Assembly (NCBI GenBank): GCA_965200155.1
Contig: CBDATR010000009.1
Coordinates: 96,001 to 160,000, forward strand
Direction of reading: 5' to 3'
Source of the DNA: Nitrosopumilaceae archaeon
Lineage (GTDB): Archaea; Thermoproteota; Nitrososphaeria; Nitrososphaerales; Nitrosopumilaceae
DNA length: 64,000 bases
Shown here: piece by piece, positions 33,571 to 44,331 of the stretch
Layout of the letters: each line of letters opens with the position of its first letter
Numbering within the stretch: position 1 is the stretch's first letter
The notes under the pieces: generated by a model
Told to the model about the DNA's origin: nothing
Database searches by the model: none
What the model saw: the letters and a program-made list of their open reading frames with translations, nothing else
Translations under genes and position numbers: made by a program

Positions 33571-33979
33571 GTATGAGTTCACGTGTTTTGATCACATAAT
33601 AAGATAGAATGCATCCCAGTTTTTTAATTATAATTGCATTCTGGCAGCAACCTCGTTCATTACAGAAAGGCCCTGAGCCCTCCATGTCTGAACACATATG
33701 GACATGCGGCGCATGGCCCTTTCACCACCCTTTATCTGACCACTAATCTTGTGGAAAAATGCAGGCGGTGCGGAAAGTACATCCGTATCGCTTTCACCAC
33801 CCTTTATCTGACCACTAATCTTGCGGAATACCACTGCGTATCAGAACCGGTTCCACTGCTCCACTGGATTGTTGGTCGGCGCCACACTGTCATATTCTAA
33901 GAATACGAACATGCCTGGTATGGCCTTATTCAATCCTTTTACCTTCTTTTGCAGTTCAGTATCATCAACATCATAATAC
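33571..33979 (-). mobile_element. IS66 right-end fragment
   Basis: TIR GTATGAGTTCACGTGTTTTGATCA; VVFRKISGQIKGG remnant with an internal duplication. Confidence 0.85.
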
Positions 33980-34660
33980 TAGACCGTATGCGCAGAATCA
34001 CTTCTCCCACCCTGCACGTCTAAACCAAGTTTTTAGATACGAACAATTGGCCTAGTATCATGGGTTTTCACATACAGACTCGTGTGAAACAGAAAAGTTA
34101 AGACCTAATTTTGTAGTACCAAGTATGCTAAAAGCAGAAGAACTTACCAAGGAGCAGTTAGCCACAGAGTAATACCGGCTACACACCGAGGCCAAAGTAA
34201 CAAACCTGCGTGGCAAACTTGAGTATGAGTTCACGTCTTCCGGAATCTTGTGCACAAATCACATTAACTGTCGCGATCAGTTGTGCGTAAATTTAGACAC
34301 AGGTGAACTCATACAAACTTGAAGCTCAAACAAAGAATGCCCTCGTTTCAAATCTCGATGACATCATAGAACGCAAGGATCAGCTTCATTCCCTGACCGG
34401 ATGCACCACGGAAGAGTTCAAATGAATACTAACCAGATTCACAGAATACGTAGAGTCCCTGGAAGGCGATGATGCACGGCGATTCTTAGAACTTACAAAT
34501 GATCGCGGGCACGTGAACAAATTTCCCATTAGGCATGTACTCTTAGTTACACTGATACGCCTGCGCTGCAATACAAAGCAGGAGCTTCTTGCTGCAATAC
34601 TCAAGATAAACCAGTCAAACATATGCCGTTACATCTAGTTTACAAAGCAGGGACTGATCA
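33980..34660 (+). mobile_element. IS5/ISL2 left part (pseudogene) with a nested MITE (34223-34314, TSD aaacttga)
   Basis: TAGACCGTATGCGCAGAATC end; sequence matches 4075-4639; in-frame stops. Confidence 0.85.
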
Positions 34661-34810
34661 AGGCACTCCCAGTATTAGTTCACGTCTTGTTGGACTGAAA
34701 CGATAGTCCCCTTGTTGGTCTGGTAAACCAATCCCCCCTGGAACAACTATCAGTCGTGTAAAATGACCAATTACAGAACTTATACTACCGTTTAGTTCAC
34801 TCCCATTACG

Positions 34811-34902
34811 GTATGAGTTCACGTCTTCCGGAATCTTATGCACAAATCACATTAACTGTCGCGATCAGTTATGCGTAAATTTAGACACAGGTGAACTCAC
34901 AC
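34811..34902. mobile_element. IS66-derived 92-bp MITE
   Basis: TIRs; left flank ccattacg recurs after 36938. Confidence 0.9.
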
Positions 34903-35266
34903 AACCGGTGACCCAATACTGGAATTACCCTATGAGAACAAGGGGAGATAGTATGAGTTCACGTGTTTTGATCATTCACTAAGATATAGGTATGAGTTCA
35001 CGTGTTTTGATCATTCACTAAGATATAGATTGGTATGGTAATATTTTACTTAAATACCAAATTTGCAATAAGAATCTAATGAGAAGACGCCGGTCCTATA
35101 AGGAATTGGAACTGGAAAATAAACTTCTTCAGGATACCCTTGCGTCTACCGAGAAAGATCTTGCACATTACAAGGAACGTGTGAGAGTATTGGAAGCATA
35201 TGTGTCCCGCATCATAAAAGAAATACGAAATCTCACACAAGATTTCCAAATTATTAGGAATTATGT

Positions 35267-36938
35267 GTATGAGTTCACGTGTTTTGATCATTCACTAAGA
35301 TATAGATTGGTATGACAATATTTTACTTAAATACCAAATTTGCAATAAGAATCTAATGAGAAGACGCCGGTCCTATAAGGAATTGGAACTGGAAAATAAA
35401 CTTCTTCAGGATACCCTTGCGTCTACCGAGAAAGATCTTGCACATTACAAGGAACGTGTGAGAGTATTGGAAGCATATGTGTCCCGCACCACAAAAGAAA
35501 TACGAAATCTCACACAAGATTTCCAAATTATTAGGAATTATGTAAATGAATTGAATGAGAAATTAGAAGAAAAACAGGGGAAAATTGCGGTACTCACAAC
35601 GCGACTTAAATATTATGAGAATGCTCACTCGCCACCATCCCTTCAATCCCTCCAGTACAAGAAGCGAAAACAGGAGGAACAGAAGCGAAAACAGGGAGAT
35701 AATAAGCAACAGACAGAAGCCAGTACGAAATCAGCCAAAAAGGCTGGCGCGCAAAAGGGACACAAGGGGGTTTCCCGTTCCCACAACCCCGGCAGAGTAG
35801 TGCATCACACCTTTGAGTACACACCAATATGTGAGTGCGGCAATATGATGACAAAAATTGGTTGGAAACAACGACACATAACGGAATTAATACCAGCCAA
35901 AATAGAGGAGACCCTTCATGTGATAGAAATGGCTGCATGCAAGTGCGGCAAAAAACAACTGGCCCCAGCAGCGGGCGTCCCAAAGAGTGGTAGTTTTGGG
36001 GTTCAATTATGTGGTGCCATCACCGCATTACGCGCAGAAAAGATTCCAATAAAACGCATACCTGTAATTTCGAGGGATCTCTTCGGCCTAAATATATCGG
36101 TGGGTGCAGTAAACAACATAATTGCCAGGGCCGCCGATGCATGTGAATCATTTATGGAAACAATTCATGAGAATATAATAAAATCACCCAGCATTCATGT
36201 GGACGAAACTGGTATATCACTGGCGGGTAGGCGTGGCTGGGTATGGGGGATGCGAGCCGAAGAGTGGATGATGTCCATATATGACAAAAGTAGGAGTTCA
36301 AATGTAGTGAACAAATACCTGAACGGTTACCAGGGAGCGATAGTAACGGACAGGTACGTTGTGTACCGCCGGTTTGATGACGGTGGGAAGCACCAGTTGT
36401 GTTGGGCGCATTTATTGCGCGATACCCAGGCATTACATGCAGGATTCTATATCGATCCCGGTGCTCAGGACGCCCGGATCAAACTTGACAACGACCTGAA
36501 AGGATTGTTCCGGAGCGCACGGGAATCCCTGAATCACTGCGGGCCGTCCGCGCAATTACGACACTCATTTGAGACAGGAGCAGATGCATCAGTACTGTGA
36601 TGTTGATGATGCTGAACTACAAAAGAAGGTAAAAGGATTGAATAAGGCCATACCATGCATGTTCGTATTCTTAGAATATGACTGTGTAGAGCCCACCAAC
36701 AATCCAGCGGAGCAGTGGAACCGGTTCTGATACGCAGTGGTATTCCGCAAGATTAGTGGCCAGATAAAGGGTGGCGAAAGGGCAATGCGCCGCATGTCCA
36801 CATTCGTATCATGTGTTCAGACATGGAGGGCTCAGGGCCTTTCTGTTATGAACGAGGTTGCTGTCAGAATGCAGTTATAATTAAAAAAACTGGGATGCAT
36901 TCTATCTTATTATGTGATCAAAACACGTGAACTCATAC
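35267..36938 (+). mobile_element. Near full-length IS66-family element (likely MITE parent), preceded by two extra left ends at 34951 and 34990
   Basis: 24-bp TIR GTATGAGTTCACGTGTTTTGATCA at both ends. Confidence 0.9.
35356..36600 (+). pseudogene. IS66 transposase (TnpC-like), C-terminally frameshifted
   Basis: Coiled coil, AH.PPS, GAQKGHKG, CxC Zn motifs, HVDETG, VTDRY and HQLCWAHLLR; the PTNNPAE motif lies downstream in another frame. Confidence 0.88.
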
Positions 36939-37231
36939 CCATTACGTGCTACTCTTCGCACCATCATACGGTAACATATTACTGAACAAAATACACCGAG
37001 CTAACTTGCTTCTACCATGTTTAGATGCGCCTACTTAAACAGTTACGGACCATTCCTGTACTACTGAAATGATTTTAACACTTAATATAACCCTCACTTA
37101 AGCTTATTAAAACTTATATATTTACCATTGTTGCGATTATATATGGAAGTTTATCAATTAGAAAATAATAAATTAAAAATAATTGAAGAGGAAAAAACGA
37201 TCGGGGAAAAAGAAAAAAGGGTACAATCACT

Positions 37232-37323
37232 GTATGAGTTCACGTCTTCCGGAATATTGTGCACAAATCACATTAACTGTCGCGATCAGTTATGCGTAAA
37301 TTTAGACACAGGTGAACTCATAC
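37232..37323. mobile_element. IS66-derived 92-bp MITE (left arm of a composite unit)
   Basis: TIRs; preceded by caatcact. Confidence 0.92.
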
Positions 37324-37537
37324 CATAATGCTTCTGTTAACCAAGAATTTTTCATACTTATTTATATAGAATACGGTAAAATCCAAAAAAAAATCTACCA
37401 TAACCGAAAAATGCGTGAAATTAAACCCAGTGCATACATGAATCACCTCTGATACATATTATCAGAAGTTGGACGCTCCATTATCTGGCCACTATGTGAT
37501 AGATTTAACTTAAATTGGTTATATGTGGTTCTAACAC

Positions 37538-38173
37538 ATGCTAAGGGATCTGCCTCTCAAGCTGGAATATCGCAGTGATGTTGATGACATACTTCGTGAT
37601 TTTTTCTATCCTTGCCTCGAGCAATGTAGTTTGTATTACGAATGTATAAACAAGTTCTCGTTAGATATGCTGATGTCGCTGATAGCACACTATAAGCATT
37701 TTGCTGCTGGTGATGTTGTAATGAAGATAGTCATGGGTTATAGATTGGATATAAAAGATATTAACACACTGGCTAATATTTATTCTGGAAATATAAGCAA
37801 CTCCAAGAATGCAGATAACTTGCGTGTGATTTCAAATCTTTTACAGACAGAAACACTACGATTACGTGTCGCCATTACTGATTTACTGGATGAAAATAGT
37901 GGCTTTGAGCGCACTGGTATAATTGGAGATAGTAATGGGGATTACGTGGTATTTATTAATGCAGGCAAAGAGTTGTTCCATAAAAAATATGAGAATTTTG
38001 AGATCGTGGATGTGTTTACCTCGTGGTCTGATACAGACCGAGCCAACCTTAAGATGAAAATGTTTGATCAATTATGGAATAATGAACTAAAGCACGCTCA
38101 AGTGTATGATTATGATTATGCCACAAAATACAACATACTAAAATATGATTTGGATTGGGTCATAAACGATTGA
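37538..38173 (+). CDS. Stand-alone PLD-like domain resembling the N-terminus of PLD-SF2 helicase restriction proteins; HxK motif absent
   Basis: YRSDVDDILRDFFYPCL, GIIGDSNGDYVVF, NFE.VDVF.SW and FDQLWNN. Confidence 0.6.
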   Translation: MLRDLPLKLEYRSDVDDILRDFFYPCLEQCSLYYECINKFSLDMLMSLIAHYKHFAAGDVVMKIVMGYRLDIKDINTLANIYSGNISNSKNADNLRVISNLLQTETLRLRVAITDLLDENSGFERTGIIGDSNGDYVVFINAGKELFHKKYENFEIVDVFTSWSDTDRANLKMKMFDQLWNNELKHAQVYDYDYATKYNILKYDLDWVIND

Positions 38174-38186
38174 CTACGTTAATTGT

Positions 38187-38838
38187 GTATGAGTTCACGT
38201 GTTTTGATCATATAATAAGATAGAATACATCCTAGTTTTTTAATTATAATTGCATTCTGGCAGCAACCTCGTTCATTACAGAAAGGCCCTGAGCCCTCCA
38301 TGTCCGAACACATATGGACATGCGGCGCATGGCCCTTTCACCACCCTTTATCTGGCCACTAATCTTGCGGAATACCACCGCGTATCGCAGAGTCTGCTCC
38401 GCTGGATTGTTGGTGGGCTCCACACTGTCATATTCTAGGAATACGAACATGCCTGGTATGGCCTTATTCAATCCTTTTGTATGAGTTCACCTGTGTCTAA
38501 ATTTACGCACAACTGATCGCGACAGTTAGTGTGATTTGTGCACAAGATTCCGGAAGACGTTAACTCATACATCCTTTTACCTTCTTTTGCGTATGAGTTC
38601 ACGTGTTTTGATCATTCACTAAGATATAGATTGGTATGACAATATTTTGCTTAAATACCAAATTTGTGATAAGAATCTAATGAGAAGACGCCTGTCCTAT
38701 AAGGAATTGGAACTGAAAAATAAGCTTCTTCAGGATACCCTTGCGTCTACCAAGAAAGAACTTGCACATTACAAGGCAGGGGCCATGGGCCGCCTTGTCC
38801 TACGTCTTGCGGCTACCGATAAAGATCTTGCACATTAT
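38187..38838. mobile_element. IS66 right-end fragment (with MITE 38479-38570, TSD atcctttt) plus a left-end fragment from 38591
   Basis: TIRs at 38187 and 38591; native PTNNPAEQTLRYAV reading. Confidence 0.85.
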
Positions 38839-39761
38839 ACCTTATGCGCATGATTGACAATAACAGCCCATGTTGCTTCAAACTGGGGTGTATTTTATGG
38901 CACACAATCAGTCAAGCATGAACAATGTGAATGGCACCTGCCAGCACTAACGTATGCCGTGATTGCAAATGTCATGTAGTGGGGTGACCGGATCTTGATG
39001 ACGTATATCATGAGTGAGCTAAATGGTTACCACAAAACCCATTAATTTAGTGGATTTTCTGATGAGTAATATTCGAATTATAATAACACGGAAATTATGG
39101 ACAGATATTTTTCAAAAATTTCTTGTATCTGGTATGCTTGTGCATAATGTGTAAATTATGCAACCCGGATACTACGAGTAGATCTTCCCGGAATTCCTCA
39201 CGACTACCATCATATACCTGACTTAATCTACGATATACCTTTAGCATTCGAATTACATTCTCGATTAATATGCGCCTTTTTGATACATATTGGCTGTATT
39301 TCCTTTCAGTTTTAGTGAGTGATTCCCTACCCCTGTATGGAATTATGACCTTTGCGCCGGGTAGGAAGTCTTTCATCCCCTGGTATCCTGCATCTGCTAT
39401 TACTGTTATCTTATCGGATGGTGGCGTGGTTGATTCTTTTAGGGACTTGCCCCATTTGCCGCCAAGGGGAATATCATTCTTGAATATGCCATAATCGTGT
39501 CTTTTTCCCTCATATACTCCACTTACGTGAATTATCAGTCTTTTCTTGTTTGATGTTATCTGTACGTTATACGTGTGGGTTTTTTGTTTACCAGAGTACA
39601 TTGCCTCCTGATTTTTTTCAGGACGTTGTACGCGTACATGTGTCCCGTCAGTCTTTATCTCCCCTCCGGCTCGACCGGGAACAATTTCCTTAAAGTCGGG
39701 TGTTGACTTGATTTGTGATATTGCTTTTGCAACGGTATCGGCCGTTGGAAGTATCTTGATC
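38836..39761 (-). pseudogene. IS5/ISL2 right part, 3' half of the transposase
   Basis: ORF 39095-39601 with YSGKQKTH, ADAGYQG and RRILIENV; right end accttatgcgcatg; truncated by the MITE at 39762. Confidence 0.85.
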
Positions 39762-39853
39762 GTATGAGTTCACGTCTTCCGGAATCTTGTGCACAAATCA
39801 CATTAACTGTCGCGATCAGTTGTGCGTAAATTTAGACACAGGTGAACTCATAC
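39762..39853. mobile_element. IS66-derived 92-bp MITE (right arm of a composite unit)
   Basis: TIRs; followed by caatcact. Confidence 0.92.
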
Positions 39854-40296
39854 CAATCACTAATAGAATCAAACTTACATATAATCTTTCCAAATATGCA
39901 ATTTTTAAAAACTGAATCTACAATTGGTAACTATCGACTAGACTCGGTAGCCTTTGATAATAATACTAATTCTTTTGTTATACTTGAATACAAAAATACT
40001 AAAAAACATGATGTGGTCGGGCAATGTATGTCATACCATGCTTTATTCACCAGTCATATGGCTGATTTTCATGTGTTATATTTTGATTGTAATAACAAAA
40101 TACCAAAAGACGTAAAGGCGGATAAATGTAGTGTAATCGTTATAGCACCAGATTATGCCAAATACCAAATAGGTTCAGTGAACTCTGCCTCGTGGCTTTA
40201 TCTGTTCAAGATCACAAAATATGGGAATGATATAATAACACTAGAGGAAATTGGGAAAAATCGATTACCACGCAAGAATAAAAGTGGAGAAAATAG

Positions 40297-40395
40297 GTAT
40301 GAGTTCACCTGTGTCTAAATTTACGCACAACTGATAGAACCGGTTACCAGTTAATGTGATTTGTGCATAAGATTCCGGAAGACGTGAACTCATAC
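40297..40395. mobile_element. MITE variant, TSD gaaaatag
   Basis: TIRs and 8-bp TSD; internal agaaccggttac replacement. Confidence 0.9.
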
Positions 40396-40790
40396 GAAAA
40401 TAGTTCTCCCACTACACAAAAAGAATATTCAGAAGATGGTTATCTTGAGAAAATAAAACCGACTGAGCAGATAAAAAATCTATACCTTGAACTAAAAGAT
40501 GCCATAAACAAAGCATTCCCAAATGTGAAATTCGAACAAAAGAAAGCCTACATGGTATATTCATTAGATAATTTACCGCTAGGTACGATTGACATGAAAA
40601 GAAGTTTACTGTATCTGACATATAAGGCGGGTAAAAAGTCCATAATAGGAGAGAACTCGTTTGTCAAGAGGTCTAATACCGGACGAATGGGGGGCGATTA
40701 TTACTACTCCCAAGTTGAAAGTACACAGGATATAGAAAAAGTAATACTGGTAATCGAGGAAGTACATCAGATTAAACTTGGTCAATAACC

Positions 40791-41194
40791 GTGTGAGTTC
40801 ACCTGTGTCTAAATTTACGCATAACTGATCGCGACAGTTAATGTGATTTGTACATAAGATTCCGGAAGACGTGAACTCATACCAAGATCTTTCTTGGTAG
40901 ACCCAAGGGTATCCTGAAGAATCTGATTTTTCAGTTCCAATTCCTTATAGGACCGGCGTCTTCTCACTAAATTCTTATTGTAAATTTGGTATTTAAGCAA
41001 AATATTGTCATACCAATCTATATCTTAGTGAATAATCAAAACATGTGAACTCATGCACGACATTTGCAATCACGGCATACATTAGTGCGGGCAGATGTTA
41101 TTCACATTGTTCATGCTTGACTGATTGTGTGCCATAAAATACCCCAGTTTGAAGCAACATGGGCTGTTACTGTCAATCATACGCATAAGGTCTA
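40791..41194. mobile_element. MITE (40791-40882) + inverted IS66 left end + ISL2 right end
   Basis: Similarity to the elements above; ends in cgcataaggtcta. Confidence 0.8.
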
Positions 41195-41262
41195 ATACAT
41201 ATGTAAGTTTTACATATATTAACGATTGTCTAGAACGTACTTGCTCCACTTTGCAGGAATCA

Positions 41263-42645
41263 TCATTCACGATACTGCTCCACGAATCGCCGCACATACT
41301 CCACCAGTCGTTTTGGGTCCGCCTGCCCCCGAGTCTGCTTCATTACCTTTCCCACAAGATAGTTTATCACCTGCGGGTTCCTGCGCGCCTCTAACACCGC
41401 CTCGCGCTCACCTCCAAGCGCCTCCTGAACGACACTCTCCAAATCCATTCCGTCATTGTTCTGTGTCACCGTTATGGTGCCGCCTTCTGTAGCCGCCTTG
41501 TATAGCAAGTCCTTGGATATGGCGCGCGTAACTTTTCCCTCATGTATTGCAGTGGCCAGCGTGCGTATGTGATCCGGTGTTATGTGAGAGGCGACCCTCT
41601 TGTCACGTGTATTCATTACTCCCATAAAGTCGGTGGTTATCATGTTGGCCACAATTTTGGCGGTCTGGGCAGTATGGGATTCCTCAAACAAGTCACAGCA
41701 GAATTTATCAGATGCCAGTACTGCTGCAACCTGGGGCTGTATGCCATACTCTGACACGTAGCGTTTCTGGCGCGCCATGGCGCTCTCCGGCAGATTCTCC
41801 TTTATCCTACTTATGGCATCAGTTACCAGTCCCACCCAGGGTATGTCAGCCTCCAAGAAATATCGATAGTCCATCTCTGTCTCCTTGGTACGAGAAGATA
41901 TGGTAATCCGCCTGCCCTCATCCCAGTGCCGGGTCTCCTGCTTTACTACTATGCCACGATCATGCAGGCTGTTCTGCCTAGTAGTCTCAAAGTGCAGTGC
42001 CTTCTCCAAGTCATGAAATGAGTTTATGTTCTTTATCTCCACCTTGTTTCCGCCGTGAACCGAGACATTACCGTCGGCCCTCATGGCGCCATCAAGATGA
42101 GGGTTGGCCACGTTCAGGTTCTCCACTACGTCCGCCAGCATACTCATAAAGTTGCGCGCCTGGCGAGGACTCTCAAAGTCCGGCTCGGTTACTATCTCCA
42201 CTAGTGGGGTGCCCGCCCTGTTATAGTCCACCAGTGTGGTACGGCGATCATTCCCGTCATAGGTGAGCCTACCGGGATCCTCTTCCAGTTGCAGTCGCGT
42301 GATTCTAATGGTCTTGCCGTCAACATCCATCTGGCCACCACTCCCTATACTGGTGGGACCATACACGTCAAACTGCGTTATCTGAAAATTCTTTGGCAAA
42401 TCCGGATAAAAGTAGTTCTTTCTAAAGAATGCCAGTCTCTCGCTGAGTATGCAATTCAGCGATAGTGCAATGGCCATGGCGCTCTTTACAGCATCCTTGT
42501 TCAATAACGGGAGTGTACCGGGCAACCCCATACATATGGGACAGACATTAGTATTGGGCTCCATACCCCTATAGTCTGCCTTGCACCAGCAGAAGAGCTT
42601 GGAGTTTAGCTTGGTCAGCTGGCAGTGTATCTCTAGGCCTATCAT
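41263..42645 (-). CDS. gatB: Asp/Glu-tRNA amidotransferase subunit B
   Basis: IGLEIH, RKNYFYPDLPK, DYNRAGTPLVEIV, EIKNINS, DYRYF. Confidence 0.97.
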   Translation of the reverse strand: MIGLEIHCQLTKLNSKLFCWCKADYRGMEPNTNVCPICMGLPGTLPLLNKDAVKSAMAIALSLNCILSERLAFFRKNYFYPDLPKNFQITQFDVYGPTSIGSGGQMDVDGKTIRITRLQLEEDPGRLTYDGNDRRTTLVDYNRAGTPLVEIVTEPDFESPRQARNFMSMLADVVENLNVANPHLDGAMRADGNVSVHGGNKVEIKNINSFHDLEKALHFETTRQNSLHDRGIVVKQETRHWDEGRRITISSRTKETEMDYRYFLEADIPWVGLVTDAISRIKENLPESAMARQKRYVSEYGIQPQVAAVLASDKFCCDLFEESHTAQTAKIVANMITTDFMGVMNTRDKRVASHITPDHIRTLATAIHEGKVTRAISKDLLYKAATEGGTITVTQNNDGMDLESVVQEALGGEREAVLEARRNPQVINYLVGKVMKQTRGQADPKRLVEYVRRFVEQYRE

Positions 42646-44054
42646 TGTATGTCCTCCAGGGCGTGGGCCGTACGCAACAAGTCACCATCGTGGCCGCTAT
42701 CGGCCATAATCTGTATTCCTACAGAGAGTCCACCGCTCTCCCCGTATGGCACGGATATTGCGGGCTTGCCCGCCAAATTGGCCATTACGGTATTAACATC
42801 AATATCAAATAATGATACGGGGTCATCTATTCTCTCACCCAGCCTGAATGGTAGTACAGGTACCGTGGGGGAGAGTAAGTAATCATATTCACGGAATAAC
42901 GAGTCCAGGTTTCTAGTAAGCCGATCCTTAACTTTTAGCGCCTTTAGGAAATATTTCCCGGAATAACCGGCCGACGTTACGAATCCGCCCGCAATTATTC
43001 GGCGCTTTACCTCGGGTCCGAACCGGCTCCTGGACTTTGTAACGTATCGGTGAAATTCGTAACTACTAATGTCCATGTCGTAACCGTATCGTATATTGTC
43101 ATAGCGGGCAAGATTACTGGCAGCCTCAGCAGAGGTTATGGTATAGTAGGCGGCCACTGAGTAGTCTACCATATCAAGGGATACCTCGTCTATACTAGCG
43201 CCCAGCTGGGTCAGACGCGATATTGCCTCATCCAGGACATGACGTATTCCCGACGGCATGGAAGGGGGAACCATCTGTTTTATGATACCCACCCTCTTGT
43301 TCTTTATTGTGTATGCGGGGTCCTGGCCAATGCCGGTATTAGCCGGTACGGTCATGGTGGTATGATCGTACGGGTCCCGGCCGCATATGATACTCATGAC
43401 CGTCTCAATATCCGATACAGACCGCGCCATGGGTCCTATCTGCTCTATACTGTTGGCATAAGATATCAGGCCATACCTGCTAATCATGCCATAGGTGGGC
43501 TTAAAACCCGCCACACCACAAAAACTTGCAGGATTCCGGACAGAACCGCCGGTGTCAGAACCCAGCGATACGGCAGCAGTACCTGCCGCCACCGATGCGG
43601 CGCTTCCGCCAGAGGATCCTCCGGGCACATATGACTTGTTGCACGGATTCAGGGTTGGCCCAAAGCTGCTAAATTCGGTAGTCAGACCCATGGCAAACTC
43701 ATCCATGTTAGTTTTGCCTACTATAATGGCGCCCTCATCACGCAGACGCGTTATCACCGTAGCATCATATGGCGATACATATGACTCTAGCATGCGCGAT
43801 GCGCATGTGGTCGGCATGCCCGTAACACAGATGTTGTCCTTGATTGATATGGGCACCCCTGCCAGACGGCCTGCATCATTACCGGAGCGTATCTTTCTGT
43901 CTATATCCTTGGCCTGCTCCAGCATTTGTGGGTTCACAGTAATGTAGATGTTCATATCTTTGGTCTCCTCTATCCGCTCTGCTATGGCAGATATGGTCTC
44001 CTGCGCCGTTACCTGCCCGTCCCTTATGGATTTGGCCAAGGACGAAACGGACAT
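42642..44054 (-). CDS. gatA: Asp/Glu-tRNA amidotransferase subunit A
   Basis: GKTNMDEFAMG, PGGSSGGS, GSDTGGSVR, SNLARYD. Confidence 0.97.
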   Translation of the reverse strand: MSVSSLAKSIRDGQVTAQETISAIAERIEETKDMNIYITVNPQMLEQAKDIDRKIRSGNDAGRLAGVPISIKDNICVTGMPTTCASRMLESYVSPYDATVITRLRDEGAIIVGKTNMDEFAMGLTTEFSSFGPTLNPCNKSYVPGGSSGGSAASVAAGTAAVSLGSDTGGSVRNPASFCGVAGFKPTYGMISRYGLISYANSIEQIGPMARSVSDIETVMSIICGRDPYDHTTMTVPANTGIGQDPAYTIKNKRVGIIKQMVPPSMPSGIRHVLDEAISRLTQLGASIDEVSLDMVDYSVAAYYTITSAEAASNLARYDNIRYGYDMDISSYEFHRYVTKSRSRFGPEVKRRIIAGGFVTSAGYSGKYFLKALKVKDRLTRNLDSLFREYDYLLSPTVPVLPFRLGERIDDPVSLFDIDVNTVMANLAGKPAISVPYGESGGLSVGIQIMADSGHDGDLLRTAHALEDIQ

Positions 44055-44061
44055 ATCCTAG

Positions 44062-44319
44062 CTAACCTAGTCCGGGAGCCCTTATGTACCCTCTTGCATC
44101 CCTGCGAGGCGAGGAGCCGGACCAGGATACATGCGTATCATCCCGCAAGGAGTCCAGGGGTATCGCCTGTATCTTGAGTGGTTCCTCATCTATTCCGGCC
44201 TCGTCCAGGGTATCAAAAAAGTCCAGCATCTTTTGTATATTCTCTGCATACTCCTGTGGTTTGTCTATTTCTACACGCATCATAAGGGCCACTGCTGCAA
44301 CCTCGTCCCCAGATACCAT
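44062..44319 (-). CDS. gatC: Asp/Glu-tRNA amidotransferase subunit C
   Basis: 85 aa with LRDD and Y.RAP motifs; lies between aspS and gatA. Confidence 0.8.
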   Translation of the reverse strand: MVSGDEVAAVALMMRVEIDKPQEYAENIQKMLDFFDTLDEAGIDEEPLKIQAIPLDSLRDDTHVSWSGSSPRRDARGYIRAPGLG

Positions 44320-44331
44320 ATCATTACCACC

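Larger units (their letters stand above)
37143..40788 (+). pseudogene. NucS-like endonuclease + DUF5655-like gene, interrupted by a 2.6-kb composite insertion and a MITE
   Basis: Removing 37232-39861 and 40297-40403 gives a continuous ORF MEVYQLENNKL…VQSL|IESNL…RLDSVAFD…ILEYKN…SGEN|SSPTTQKEYSED…FEQKKAY. Confidence 0.8.
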
